This document shows positions 49,001 to 60,818 of a DNA stretch of 64,000 nucleotides, piece after piece (the stretch's first letter is position 1; every line of letters starts with the position of its first letter). Made by a program: the position numbers and the translations under genes. Source of the stretch: Eledone cirrhosa (Eukaryota); the NCBI GenBank assembly GCA_964016885.1, contig OZ024741.1, positions 309,628,001-309,692,000 on the forward strand, read 5' to 3'. The notes beneath the pieces are model-generated. The model saw only the letters and a list, made by a program, of their open reading frames with translations. It was not told the origin of the DNA and made no database searches.

Positions 49001-52000
49001 CAGTGGTTGTGGCAGTTGTTGTGGCAGTGGTTGTGGCAGTGGTTGTGGCAGTGGTTGTGGCAGTGGTTGTGGCAGTGGTTGTGGCAGTGGCAGTGGTTGT
49101 GGCAGTGGCAGTGGTTGTGGCATTGGTTGTGGCAGTCGTTGTGGCAGTGGTTGTGGCAGTGGTTGTGGCAGTGGCAGTGGCAGTGGTTGTGGCAGTGGTT
49201 GTGGCAGTGGTTGTGGCAGTGGCAGTGGTTGTGGCAGTGGTTGTGGCAGTGGTTGTGGCAGTGGCAGTGGTTGTGGCAGTGGTTGTTGCAGTGGATGTGG
49301 CAGTGGTTTTGGCAGTGGTTGTGGCAGTGGTAGTGGCAGTGGTTGTGGCAGTGGTTGTGGTAGTGGCATTGGTTGTGGCAGTGGCAGTGGTTGTGGCAGT
49401 GGTAGTGGCAGTGCTTGTGGCAGTGGTTGTGGCAGTGGCTGTGGTAGTGGTAGTGGCAGTGGTTGTGGCAGTAGTTGTGGCAATGGTTGTGGCAGTGTAG
49501 TGGCAGTGGTTGTGGCAGTGCTTGTGGTTGTGGCAGTGGTTGTGGCAGTAGTTGTGGCAGTGGTAGTTGCAGTGGTAGTTACAGTGGTAGTGGCAGTGGC
49601 AGTGGTAGTGGCAGTGGTTGTGGCAGTGGTTGTGGCAATGGTGTGGGAGTGGTAGTGGCAGTGGTTGTGGCAGTGGTAGTGGCAGTGGTAGTTACAGTGG
49701 TAGTGGCAGTGGTAGTGGTAGTGGCATTGGTTGTGGCAATGGTTGTGGCAGTGGTTGTGGCAGTGGTAGTGGCAGTGGTAGTGGCAGTGGTTGTGGCAGT
49801 GGTTGTGGCAGTGGTAGTGGCAGTGGTAGTTACAGTGGTTGTGGCAGTAGTAGTGGCAGTGGTTCTGGCAGTGGTAGTGGCAGTGGTAGTTACAGTGTTA
49901 GTGGTAGTGGCTGTGGCAGTGGTAGTGGCAGTGGTTGTGGTAGTGGTTGTGGCAGTGGTTGTGGCAGTGGTAGTGGCAGTGGTTGTGGCAGTGGTTGTGG
50001 CAGTGGTTGTGGCAGTGGTTGTGGCAGTGGTAGTGGCACTGGTAGTGGCTGTGGTTGTGGCAGTGGTTGTGGCAGTGGTAGTGGCAGTGGTAGTTACAGT
50101 GGTTGTGGCAGTGGTTGTGGCAGTGGTAGTGGCAGTGGTTGTGGTAGTGGTTGTGGCAGTGGTAGTGGCAGTGGTAGTTGCAGTGGTAGTGGCAGTGGTA
50201 GTAGCTGTGGTTGTGGCAGTGGTTGTGGAAGTGGTTGTGGCAGTGGTAGTGGCAGTGGCAGTGGTTGTGGCAGTTGTTGTGGCAGTGGTTGTGGCAGTGG
50301 TTGTGGCAGTGGTTGTGGCAGTGGTTGTGGCAGTGGTTGTGGCAGTGGCAGTGGTTGTGGCAGTGGCAGTGGTTGTGGCATTGGTTGTGGCAGTCGTTGT
50401 GGCAGTGGTTGTGGCAGTGGTTGTGGCAGTGGCAGTGGCAGTGGTTGTGGCAGTGGTTGTGGCAGTGGTTGTGGCAGTGGCAGTGGTTGTGGCAGTGGTT
50501 GTGGCAGTGGTTGTGGCAGTGGCAGTGGTTGTGGCAGTGGTTGTTGCAGTGGATGTGGCAGTGGTTGTGGCAGTGGTAGTGGCAGTGGTTGTGGCAGTGG
50601 TTGTGGTAGTGGCATTGGTTGTGGCAGTGGCAGTGGTTGTGGCAGTGGTAGTGGCAGTGCTTGTGGCAGTGGTTGTGGCAGTGGCTGTGGTAGTGGTAGT
50701 GGCAGTGGTTGTGGCAGTAGTTGTGGCAATGGTTGTGGCAGTGTAGTGGCAGTGGTTGTGGCAGTGCTTGTGGTTGTGGCAGTGGTTGTGGCAGTAGTTG
50801 TGGCAGTGGTAGTTGCAGTGGTAGTTACAGTGGTAGTGGCAGTGGCAGTGGTAGTGGCAGTGGTTGTGGCAGTGGTTGTGGCAATGGTGTGGGAGTGGTA
50901 GTGGCAGTGGTTGTGGCAGTGGTTGTGGCAGTGGTAGTGGCAGTGGTAGTGGCAGTGGTAGTGGTAGTGGCATTGGTTGTGGCAATGGTTGTGGCAGTGA
51001 TTGTGGCAGTGGTAGTGGCAGTGGTAGTGGCAGTGGTTGTGGCAGTGGTTGTGGCAGTGGTTGTGGCAGTGGTAGTGGCAGTGGTAGTTACAGTGGTTGT
51101 GGCAGTAGTAGTGGCAGTGGTTCTGGCAGTGGTAGTGGCAGTGGTCGTTACAGTGTTAGTGGTAGTGGCTGTGGCAGTGGTAGTGGCAGTGGTTGTGGTA
51201 GTGGTTGTGGCAGTGGTTGTGGCAGTGGTAGTGGCAGTGGTTGTGGCAGTGGTTGTGGCAGTGGTTGTGGCAGTGGTTGTGGCAGTGGTAGTGGCACTGG
51301 TAGTGGCTGTGGTTGTGGCAGTGGTTGTGGCAGTGGTAGTGGCAGTGGTAGTTACAGTGGTTGTGGCAGTGGTAGTGGCAGTGGTTGTGGTAGTGGTTGT
51401 GGCAGTGGTAGTGGCAGTGGTGGCAGTGGTTGTGGCAGTGGTTGTGGCAATGGTTGTGGCAGTGGTAGTGGCAGTGGTAGTGGCAGTGGTTGTGGCAGTG
51501 GTTGTGGCAGTGGTAGTGGCAGTGGCAGTGGTAGTGGCAGTGGTAGTTACAGTGCTAGTGGCAGTGGTAGTGGCAGTGGTTGTGGCAGTGGTTGTGGCAG
51601 TGGTAGTTGCAGTGGTTGTGGCAGTGGTTGTGGCAGTAGTAGTGGCAGTGGTTGTAGCAGTGGTTGTGGCAGTGGTTGTGGCAGTGGTAGTGGCAGTGGT
51701 TGTGGCAGTGGTTGTGGCAGTGGTTGTGGCAGTGGTAGTGGCAGTGGTTGTGGCAGTGGTTGTGGCAGTGGTAGTGGCAGTGGTTGTGGCAGTGGTTGTG
51801 GCAGTGTTTGTGGCAGTGGTAGTGGCAGTGGTTGTGGCAGTGGTAGTGGCAGTGGTTGTGGCAGTGGTTGTGGTAGTGGCAGTGGTAGTTACAGTGGTTG
51901 TGGCAGTAGTAGTGGCAGTGGTTGTGGCAGTGGTTGTGGCAATCGTTGTGGCAGTGGTAGTGGCAGTGGTTGTGGCAGTGGTTGTGGCAGTGGTAGTGGC

Positions 52001-54190
52001 AGTGTTTGTGGCAGTGGTAGTGGCAGTGGTTGTGGCAGTGGTAGTGGCAGTGGTAGTGGCAGTGTTTGTGGCAGTGGTAGTGGCAGTGGTTGTGGCAGTG
52101 GTTGTGGCAGTGTTTGTGGCAGTGGTAGTGGCAGTGGTTGTGGCAGTGGTAGTGGCAGTGGTTGTGGCAGTGGTTGTGGTAGTGGCAGTGGTAGTTACAG
52201 TGGTTGTGGCAGTAGTAGTGGCAGTGGTTGTGGCAGTGGTTGTGGCAATCGTTGTGGCAGTGGTAGTGGCAGTGGTTGTGGCAGTGGTATTGGCAGTGGT
52301 AGTGGCAGTGGCAGTGGTTGTGGCAGTGGTTGTGGCAGTGTTTGTGGCAGTGGTAGTGGCAGTGGTAGTGGCAGTGGTTGTGGCAGTGGTAGTAGCAGTG
52401 GTTGTAGCAGTGGTTGTAGCAGTGGTTGTGGCAGTGGTTGTGGCAGTGGTAGTGGTTGTGGCAGTGGTTGTGGCAGTGGTTGTGGCAGTGTTTGTGGCAG
52501 TGGTAGTGGCAGTGGTTGTGGCAGTGGTAGTGGCAGTGGTTGTGGCAGTGGTAGTGGCAGTGGTTGTGGCAGTGGTAGTGGCAGTGGTTGTGGCAGTGGT
52601 AGTAGCAGTGGTTGTAGCAGTGGTTGTAGCAGTGGTTGTGGCAGTGGTTGTGGCAGTGGTAGTGGTTGTGGCAGTGGTTGTGGCAGTGGTTGTGGCAGTG
52701 TTTGTGGCAGTGGTAGTGGCAGTGGTTGTGGCAGTGGTTGTGGCAGTGGTAGTGGCAGTGGTTGTGGCAGTGGTTGTGGCAGTGGTAGTGGCAGTGGTTG
52801 TGGCAGTGGTAGTAGCAGTGGTTGTAGCAGTGGTTGTGGCAGTGGTAGTGGCAGTGGTTGTGGCAGTGGTAGTGACAGTGGTTGTGGTAGTGGCAGTGGC
52901 AGTGGTAGTGGCAGTGGTTGTGGCAGTGGTTGTGGCAGTGGCTGTGGCAGTGGTAGTGGCAGTGGTTGTGGCAGTGGTAGTGGCAGTGGTTGTGGCAGTG
53001 GTTGTGGCAGTGACAGTGGTTGTAGCAGTGGTTGTGGCAGTGGTTGTGGCAGTGGTTGTGGCAGTGGTTGTGGCAGTGATAGTGGCAGTGGTCGTGGTAG
53101 TGGCAGTGGTTGTAGCAGTGGTTGTGGCAGTGATAGTGGCAGTGGTAGTGGCAGTGGCAGTGGTAGTGGCAGTGGTTGTGGCAGTGGCAGTGATTGTGGC
53201 AGTGGTAGTGGCTGTGGCAGTGGTAGTGGCAGTGGTAATGGCAGTGGTAGTGGCTGTGGCAGTGGTTGTGGCAGTGGTTGTGGCAGTGGTTGTGGCAGTG
53301 GTAGTGGCAGTGGCAGTGGTTGTGGCAGTGGTTGTGGCAGTGGTAGTGGCAGTGGTAGTCGCAGTGGTTGTGGCAGTGGTAGTGGCAGTGATTGTGGCAG
53401 TGGTAGTGGCAGTGGTTGTGGAAGTGGTAGTGGCAGTGGTAGTGGCAGTGGTTGTGGCAGTGGTAGTGGCAGTGGTTGTGGCAGTGGTTGTGGCAGTGGT
53501 TGTGGCAGTGGTTGTGGCAGAGGTTGTGGCAGTGGTTGTGGCAGTGGTTGTGGCAGTGGTTGTGGTAGTGGTTGTGGCAGTGGTTGTGGCCGTGGCTGTG
53601 GCAGTGGTAGTGGCAGTGGTTGTGGCAGTGGTTGTGGCAGTGGCAGTGGCAGTGGCAGTGGTTGTGGCAGTGGTTGTGGCAGTGGCAGTGGCAGTGGTAG
53701 TGGCAGTGGTTGTGGTAGTGGTTGTGGCAGTGGTTGTGGCAGTGGCAGTGGCAGTGGTTGTGGCAGTGGTTGTGGCAGTGGCAGTGGCAGTGGTTGTGGC
53801 AGTGGTTGTGGCAGTGGCAGTGGCAGTGGTTGTGGCAGTGGCAGTGGTAGTGGCAGTGGTTGTGGTAGTGGTTGTGGCAGTGGTTGTGGCAGTGGCTGTG
53901 GCAGTGGTAGTGGCAGTGGTTGTGGCAGTGGATGTGGCAGTGGCAGTGGCAGTGGTTGTGGCAGTGGTTGTGGCAGTGGCAGTGGCAGTGGCAGTGGTTG
54001 TGGCAGTGGCAGTGGCAGTGGTAGTGGCAGTGGTTGTGGCAGTGGTTGTGGCAGTGGCAGTGGCAGTGGCAGTGGTTGTGGCAGTGGCAGTGGCAGTGGT
54101 TGTGGCAGTGGTTGTGGCAGTGGCAGTGGCAGTGGCAGTGGTTGTGGCAGTGGCAGTGGCAGTGGTAGTGGCAGTGGCAGTGGTAGTGTG
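46050..54190. repeat. 8.1-kb low-complexity array of 12-bp units GTGGCAGTGGT(T/A)
   Basis: Directly visible; accounts for all the VVAV/GSGC/PQPL/TTAT ORFs in the track. Confidence 0.97.
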
Positions 54191-54527
54191 TGGGTCAGTG
54201 ATGAAATTTTCTTTTCTTTTTTTTTATCAGTCTTTTCTCCTTTTTTTGTTTTGGGACCAGAGAATGTTTCTGTGAAATCCCCGTTAGTAAACATGTGACT
54301 CCCCCTCCACTTCATATGGCACACACACATACATGTGTGCATACACACACATTCCTATACAGGGATCACAGGAATAGGCCAGATAGTATGTTAAAGATTT
54401 AAAGGGAAAAGTAGATATTGTCCTGGGGAGGTAAGGGTGTTTTTGTTATCATCATCATTGTTTAACATCATTTTCCCTGCTAGTAAGTGTTGGACTTATA
54501 TATATATATTGTGTGTGTGTATATGTG

Positions 54528-54566
<39 letters not shown>

Positions 54567-54589
54567 ATGTATATATATTATTTAGCGAT

Positions 54590-55330
54590 TTCATTATCAG
54601 AGATAGACGAACTTGGAGACTGAGGGCAACCTGGAGAAGGATGTGGAAGCTGAAAGAACCCTCAGCCAGTAACAAATTTAGAGATATTTTGATCAACACC
54701 TACGTAGTATAAAAGAACAGGTAGAGACATTCAGTATAGAAGAGCATTGGGAGTTCCTGAAAGATAATCTACTGTAGGTGAAAAACAAGATCTCTGGATG
54801 GAGCAGGGCTACACAGAGGAGAATGACTTAGTGGTGGAACAATAAGGTAGATGAAACAATTAAGGCCAAGAGACTGTCATGGAAAAAATGAAAGAACGGG
54901 GGAAGTAGGGTACACTACATATAGACCAGGAGGGAATCTAGGCAACAAGTATACTTTCCAAGGAGGGAAGCAGAAGATAAAAAATTCAAACATGTTTTTC
55001 AGCATGAAGACCAGAAATAGGAGTTGTTCAGAATTGCAAGTAATACTAAATGGTGTCATACCGAATGATTCGTACAGCAGCATCATTGTCAACTGTTACA
55101 AGAGTAAAGGAGATGCACTTGATAGAGAAAACTATAGAGGTACCAAGTTGATGGACCAGGTCATGAAAGTAACAGAAAAAGTCATAGCACAGCTGATTAG
55201 GGACCAGATTAATCTAGGTGAGATACAGTTTGAATTTGTGCCAAGTAAATGCACCACAGATGCTCTCTTCCTGAAGCAGCTACAGGAGAAGTACCTAGAT
55301 AAAAGTAAGCCACTCTACCTGGCATTTGCA
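54590..55330 (+). pseudogene. Degenerate RTE LINE internal fragments
   Basis: KGDALDRENYRGTKLMDQVMKV..QLQEKYL. Confidence 0.8.
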
Positions 55331-55763
55331 CGAAAATCAACCAATGTTTTTGTTACATGTGTCTAACATTGTGAACTGGGTACATTTTATGTTGCCACCA
55401 GCACTGGAGAGATTGTCCCCATAATGGCAGACTAAAGAGAATCTTCTAACTTGTATCATTTCTTAATTTGGAGTTTCTCTTCTATTAGTCAAGTAACCTA
55501 TAATATAACTTGTGGAGTTGACAACTAGATACCCTTTATCATACTATTGGCACTAGAGAGTTGGTCCCATGAATGAGGACTAAAGTGACCTCTCTACTCT
55601 GTATCATGTAGCCAGTGGTGTAGCTTGCAGAATACATATCTAATTTATACACACAAACCTGTGTGTATCTTTTCATATACATACAACTATATAAATTTAT
55701 TATCATCATCACTTTATAGGGGGGAGTCATTCATATTTCTTTAAAAATAGAGTAATGGTTCTG

Positions 55764-56284
55764 TCGAATGTTATTATTAAAATTCGAAAAACTCAAATTA
55801 CATTTATTGTATTCAGCTATGTAGAGCGAAAATTTTCTTTTTTATTCAAATTTAGCAAAGCCGGCCATTTATCGCTCGTATACAGGAAACTGACTGGCCA
55901 GACTGCTAATATGCAAATCTGGCTGATCAGTGGATCTACTAATATGCAGATCTAACTGATCAGCCAGTCTGCTAATATGCAAATCAGGCCGATCAGTCAC
56001 TGTGTATTTTTGAAAATAGCATATATTGTCACTAGCTCTGACAGTTTGGTAGGTGAACAGTGAGCTGTACTGATGAAGGGTGATACCCAGAAACATTAGT
56101 GTCTGCAGTTCTGTTCACATGCCAACATAAGAGCAAGAATGAAGGGTTCATTCTACTGACATGGCTATAAAATTGAGGCTTGTTTGCATAATTGCAAATG
56201 AATCGAATGTTATTATTAATATTCGAAAAACTCAGATTAAATTTATTGTATTCAGCCATGTAGAGCAAACATTTTCTTTTTTAT
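55764..56284 (+). mobile_element. 439-bp retrozyme/pLTR-like unit with ~80-bp terminal direct repeat
   Basis: TCGAATGTTATTATTAA..TTTTCTTTTT occurs at 55764 and 56203; the unit contains a hammerhead. Confidence 0.65.
56062..56111 (+). ncRNA. Type I hammerhead ribozyme
   Basis: GAGCTGTA-CTGATGA-a-GGGT-gat-ACCC-a-GAAACA-ttag-TGTC-TGCAGTTC: 8-bp stem I (with G-U pairs), complete core and GUC site. Confidence 0.88.
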
Positions 56285-59200
56285 CATCATCATCATCTTC
56301 ATTTAACGTCCATCTTCCACGCTAGCATGGGTTAGATGGGAGTTGTCCCACTTGAGGCAAGGTTGGTCGGGTGACTGTGTCTCTCTCATATAGGACTATC
56401 TGGCAGGTTTTCTACGGCTGGATGCCCTTCCTAACACCAACCACATTTACAGTGTGGAACTGGGAACTTTTTACCATGTTACCTACACAGCCACATTACA
56501 GCGTGGACTGTGTGTTTTTTTGTCGTGACACCTACACAATCTCAATCTCATTATCTCATTTATTTGGACTGGATGTTGTGGTACCAACTTTACAGAGAGA
56601 GGGTGGTGTTTGTGGAAGTGGAAGGATAGGTAGTGGATTGGGGTGTATATTTGGTTAAGAGGTGCCTACTGACTGTAGGTTTCGCTTTGTACATAGGCAA
56701 GGCGGGTCTTCTGTATTACTGCGTAGCACCAAAGATCTCGGTCCAGTGACATTGTCTTAGAGAGGTGCAAGTGTGTAAGGTCGGAATTTATCAGATCATC
56801 CCAGGTTTTTCTGGGTCTACCTACTCCGTAACTACCATCAATTTTGATCGCCCTGCACTTTTTTATACAGCTGTCATCTTTCATGCGCATCACATGACCA
56901 TACCAACGTAGTCTTCTCTCAAGTAAACAGCATCTGATCCCTCTTATTCCTAATTTCTCAGTTAGTTCATTTATGCTTTGCCGTTCACGTATATTACTAT
57001 TACACATCCAACGGAGCATGCATGCTTCGTTCCTTTCCAGTCTGCGCAGGTCCTCTGCACGCAATGCCCATGTCTCACTGCGATGTAGCATTGCTGTTCG
57101 TATACAGGCATCATACAATCTGCCTTTCATTTTTAGAGAGAAACCTTTTGTGGCCAACAGTGGTGTAAGCTCTCTGAACTTTTTCCATCCCATTCTGACT
57201 CTGGCTACTGTACTTTCAGAACACCCTCCACCACTGCTGATTTCATCACCCAGGTAACGGAAGGTGTCCACTATTTCTATAGAACCATCTGGGCAATAGA
57301 AGGAGCTAGTATCCTGTAGGCACTTGCTGCTACTTATTGCACCTGAGCATCGGCCACATATAAAGTCTACGTTCTTAGATAGTTTACCTGTGATCCCACT
57401 ACATCTTTTATGTACCTATAATTTGCATTTGGGACATAAAATGGAATGTCTGCCTACTCCTTTCCTACACACTGAGCATGGCCATTTCCCTGAGGGCACC
57501 TGTGCCCTATTTTCCCTTCTACAAACTAGAACTTTAGTCTTAGACAAGTTAACTTTAAGGCCTTTTTATTCTAGGCCATGCTTCCATGTTTGGAATTTCT
57601 TCTCTAGTTCAGCCATAAATTCAGCTCTGAGAGTTAGATCATCTGCATATAGGAGTTCCCATGGGCAGCCGGTCTTGAACTCCTCTGTTATAGCCTGAAG
57701 GGCAATAATAAATAGGAGGGGGCTAAAGACAGAGCCTTGATGAACACCAACTTTTACACTAAATTCTTCACAATATTCATTATTAATTCTAACCTTACTG
57801 ATTGTTTCTTTATACATAGCTCGTATAGCTCTCACAAGCCATTCATCTACTCCTTGTTTTCTAAGAACCCACCAGATAATGGAGTGGGGAACTCTGTTAA
57901 AGTCTTTCTCCAGGTCTACAAAAGCTAAGTAGAGGGGTTTACTTTTAGCTAGGTACTTCTCCTGTAGTTGTCATACAAGGAAAAAAGCGTCTGTGGTACT
58001 TTTACCTGACACAAACCCAAACTGCATTTCATCTAGATCAATTCGCTCTCTGATTAGTTGTGCTATAACTCTTTCTGTGACCTTCATGACCTGGTCAACT
58101 AACTTAATGCCTCTATAGTTTCCCCTATCTAGAGCATCCCCTTTACCCGTGTAGCAGTTAATGATGCTGCTGCTACGCCAGTCTTTTGGTATGACCCCAT
58201 TCTGTATTACTTGGTTAACTATACGGGTGACCATAGTATGTACCACCATTACAGATGCCTTCAACATCTCAGCAACTATCTCCGAAGGCCCAGCTGCCTT
58301 GCCTGTCTTCATATCTTTGATTGCCTTACTTATTATACTACCTTTAACTTGCACCGCTGGTCCTTCTATTGGATCGATTTGGGGCAGACTATTGTTTTCC
58401 CATTTATTCTCCTCATTTAATAGTCTCTCATATGACACGTCCAGGCTATCTTCTTATCAGTATCAGTGAGGGCAAGTACTCCGTTATCACGACAATATCA
58501 CGGTTTTCCTTGACACATTGTCTAGCAATCCTGAACACCTCATGTTTTTGGTCCTCACATTGTAGAACATGCTTGAACTTTCTATCCTCTGCTTCCCTTT
58601 TTGCAAGGTACACTTGTCTCCTAGCTTCTCTCCTGGCCACTTGATAGTGCTCTCTACTTCTCCCATCCTGCCATACTTTCCAAGCCTGCTTTTTGGCCTT
58701 GATTGTCTCCTCCACCTTACTGTTCCACCACCAAGTTACTCTCCTCCTGCCAATAGGTCTGCTCCAGCCACAGATTTCATCCATTGCTTTCAGCAGGTTC
58801 ACTTTCAAAAATTCCCACTGTTCCTCTATATTACACATCTCTAATTGCTCTTCCTTATTGTCAAAGGCATCAAGTAATAAGCTTTTAAATTTGTCAGTGG
58901 CTATGGGGTCCTTCAACTTCCATATTCTTCTCCTCAAGGTAGGCCTCCTCTGTCGTTGAGTATGTCTATTCCTGACTATGAGGTCACTAACTACTAGGCT
59001 ATGTTGGGAGGTGCATTCTTCACGGGGGAGGGATTTAGTGTTTACAACAGACACTTTGTCACGTCTTCTGGTAAGGATATAATCTATCTGGCTGGCGTGT
59101 TCCCCTGATCTATAGGTGATCAAGTGGTTTTCTCATTTTTTAAAGTTTGTGTTACAGATAGTTAGGTTATTAGCGTCTCAGAATTCCAGGATTCTGAAGC

Positions 59201-60000
59201 CCTCCTCATTTCTATTTCCAATCCCATATCCTCCATGGATTCCATCATAGCCATCACTATGTTGTGCAATGTGACTGTTTAGGTCACCACCAATAATTAA
59301 GTAGTCGCTGTTGGTTATTTGGGAGGTAGTGTGCATTAGCGTCTCATAGAACCTGTCCTTTATAACATCAAGTAGACCAGATTGGGGTACATAAGCGGAT
59401 ATTATTGTCACAGTAGTTCTATTTAGAACTAGTCTTATTTTAATTATTCTCTCATTCACTCTATTTACGTCAATTACCTTATCTACCCATTTTTCAGCTA
59501 ATCAGCTAACATAATTCCTACACCACCCAGTCCGTTGTCATTTCCCACCCAGAAAAGTTTATAGCATTGTTTTTTTACCCATGATGAATCTGGTAGACAC
59601 ACCTCTCCACCTAGTCTCTTGAATACAACAAACATCAACTTCTTTACGTTCAAGCATCTCTACAACCTCATTTGAGCAACCTTTCAATGTGCGTACATTC
59701 ATGGTACCAACTCTGAAGTTGGGAGGGTGGGATGGATGGGTTGGAGGGGCAGGAAGGGGTGTGGGAGACGGAATAATGTTGGTCATCCGTGTCTGAAATA
59801 AAGAGGGGTCTTTGCATTCTTGTCCTTCAGCAGGAGGTGAATTTATCTTTATCTGTGACATTGTCATTGAGAGCTTAGACTTTCCAAATTTCGCAGTCCA
59901 CCATCAAACAGGTCTAAACTGAAGGAGTAGTAACCGAGGTGGTAGCTTTGCTATACTGATTTGTTAGAGAACTTACTATAAGCCGCTGAGTTATGGTTGG
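56284..60000 (-). mobile_element. Near full-length degenerate RTE LINE (APE + RT with Cys finger), (TGA)n tail
   Basis: VGTMNVRTL, IQETRW, GGDLNSH, SQIDYIL, NYRGIKL, YADD and RLRWYGHV, with several stops and frameshifts; the 5' boundary is approximate. Confidence 0.9.
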
Positions 60001-60818
60001 ACCATATAGCAATGGTGGTGTGTGGGGGTGGGAGGGCGGGAAATGAGTAACTTTAGGTTAGTTTTTAGGAAGTGTCCAACAGAATAAGACATATTATTAA
60101 AAACATGTAAAATATTAATTGAAAATCTGAGAGAAAAACGGAGAATTTGAATTCTAGATTGGCATAAATAGAAGTTTAAAATGCTACTTATTGAGTCAAC
60201 TACGGGTAAAAGGAAAGAGAAGTGTTTTGCTTACATTCTCAAAATCGACATATCGTCCGTAAGAGAGATTAGATAGATAGATAAATTCTGTCCTTGGGAA
60301 CCCAGCAATGTTTATTTTATACTTGCGATCAGATATATATATATATATACAAATGATGAATCAAAACATATCAAATATGTTTAGAATTTTGTGTTTCTCA
60401 ATAAGTATGCTCAATAGACTTTATCTAGAGCCATAATAACCAAATTAAAAGATATATGTTTATATATAGAGAGAGAAAGAGCCATATATCGTAAAAGAAA
60501 CACTGTATATTGTATATACACCAAATATATATTCTATAGAAGAATATCTACACAGGTGGAATTATAAGTGAAACCTTATAGTGCTATTTCATACCTGGAG
60601 AGTATAGTTAAAAATCAATCTATGTAATCGATCATTGAAAAAAATCAATGAATATAATCGATCATCGAAGACAAACTATCGATTATGATTAAACCACATG
60701 AGACTCAGGTACTCATCGGAGATCTAGTCTCACCATTCTAAGGGAAATATAGAATGAAGATGGTAAATAAATCAATATACCTGTGAATATCCACAGGCAA
60801 GTCCAACTCGACCACACT

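Noticed and set aside
52195-54348. 717-aa Pro/Leu/Gln ORF with Lys-rich N-terminus
   Set aside because: The PLPQ frame is repeatedly terminated by TAA at GTTACA variants, and the N-terminus derives from CA and poly-T low-complexity sequence.
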